DNA of 64,000 nucleotides, taken from positions 64,001-128,000 of the forward strand of contig CAVWFS010000020.1 of assembly GCA_963754315.1 (NCBI GenBank), given 5' to 3'. Under the pieces are notes generated by a model that saw only the letters and a program-made list of their open reading frames with translations, was not told the DNA's origin and made no database searches. The stretch comes from an uncultured Candidatus Rokubacteria bacterium. GTDB taxonomy: Bacteria; Methylomirabilota; Methylomirabilia; Rokubacteriales; CSP1-6. A program made the translations under genes and the position numbers. Within the stretch, counting starts at the first letter, position 1, and each line of letters begins with the position of its first letter. Positions 63,404-64,000 of this stretch are shown here, one piece after another.

Positions 63404-64000
63404 ATGAGTCTCGATCCAACGCCGGCGCGCGGGCGCACCACCGTCGTGCTCTTCACGCGCGATCTGCGCGTGCACGACCAGCCCGCGCTCTCGGAGGCGG
63501 CGCACGCGGGCGAGCGGATCGTTCCGCTCTTCGTGCTCGACGAAGCGTTGATCGCGAGCGGGTACGCGCGGCCCAACCGGCTCCAGTTCCTCCTCGCGTC
63601 GCTCGCGGATCTCGACGGCTCACTGCGAGCGTGCGGCGGACACCTCGTCGTCCGCCGGGGCGACCCCGCCCGCGAGGCTCTCGCGGTCGCCCGGGCCACC
63701 GGCGCGCACGCGGTGTTCGCTAGCGCCGACGTGAGCGCCTTTGCGCAGCGCCGCGAGCGACGTCTCGCCGCGGCCTGTGCCGAGCATGGCGTGGAGTTCC
63801 GGACGTTCCCGGGCGTGACGGTCGTGGATGCCGGCGCGGTGCGACCGGCCGGCGGCGATCACTTCCGCGTCTTCACGCCGTACTGGCATCGATGGCGAGC
63901 GTTGCCGATGCGCCCTCTCGCGCCGCCGCCCCGGCGCATCGCGGTGCCCGATGGTCTCGCGCGCGGCGTCGTGCCGCGGCTCTCGGAGCTCACGGTCGGG
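63404..64000 (+). CDS. phrB: Photolyase/cryptochrome family protein, N-terminal part (runs off the window)
   Basis: Own translation: VVLFTRDLRVHDQPAL, IVPLFVLD, RLQFLLASLADLDGSL, FRVFTPYW; absent from the ORF track because no stop is in the window. Confidence 0.88.
   Translation, partial: MSLDPTPARGRTTVVLFTRDLRVHDQPALSEAAHAGERIVPLFVLDEALIASGYARPNRLQFLLASLADLDGSLRACGGHLVVRRGDPAREALAVARATGAHAVFASADVSAFAQRRERRLAAACAEHGVEFRTFPGVTVVDAGAVRPAGGDHFRVFTPYWHRWRALPMRPLAPPPRRIAVPDGLARGVVPRLSELTVG

Overview
A 64 kb window of high-GC bacterial DNA with about 45 genes or gene remnants. The gene content (Zn-ribbon/class III cyclase/ATPase/TPR proteins, many orphan solute-binding proteins, LLM oxidoreductases, amidohydrolases) resembles soil Methylomirabilota/Rokubacteria, but that assignment is inference only. 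Recognisable genes are katG, monomeric icd, a yitJ-like fusion, a single-chain acyl-CoA carboxylase, an XDH-family Mo subunit and the start of a photolyase. Five features stand out. (1) Two genes that the ORF track splits or truncates at an in-frame TGA in a catalytic-Cys position, each followed by a SECIS-like hairpin, are probable selenoproteins (AhpD/CMD-like 44174-44776; OsmC-like 57965-58384). (2) A cobalamin-binding protein with the CarH photoreceptor motifs but a C-terminal XRE HTH is divergent from fasciclin and photolyase genes. (3) A translationally coupled array of five Tat-type, Cys-motif binding proteins plus one collapsed copy has no transporter and runs into SCO, a histidine kinase and a receiver protein. 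(4) An intact secreted MACPF-like gene sits in a decayed island (37-43 kb). (5) Many short gene and transposase remnants are present. Several single-base frameshifts may be sequencing errors. All family calls come from motif recognition by eye; no searches were run.
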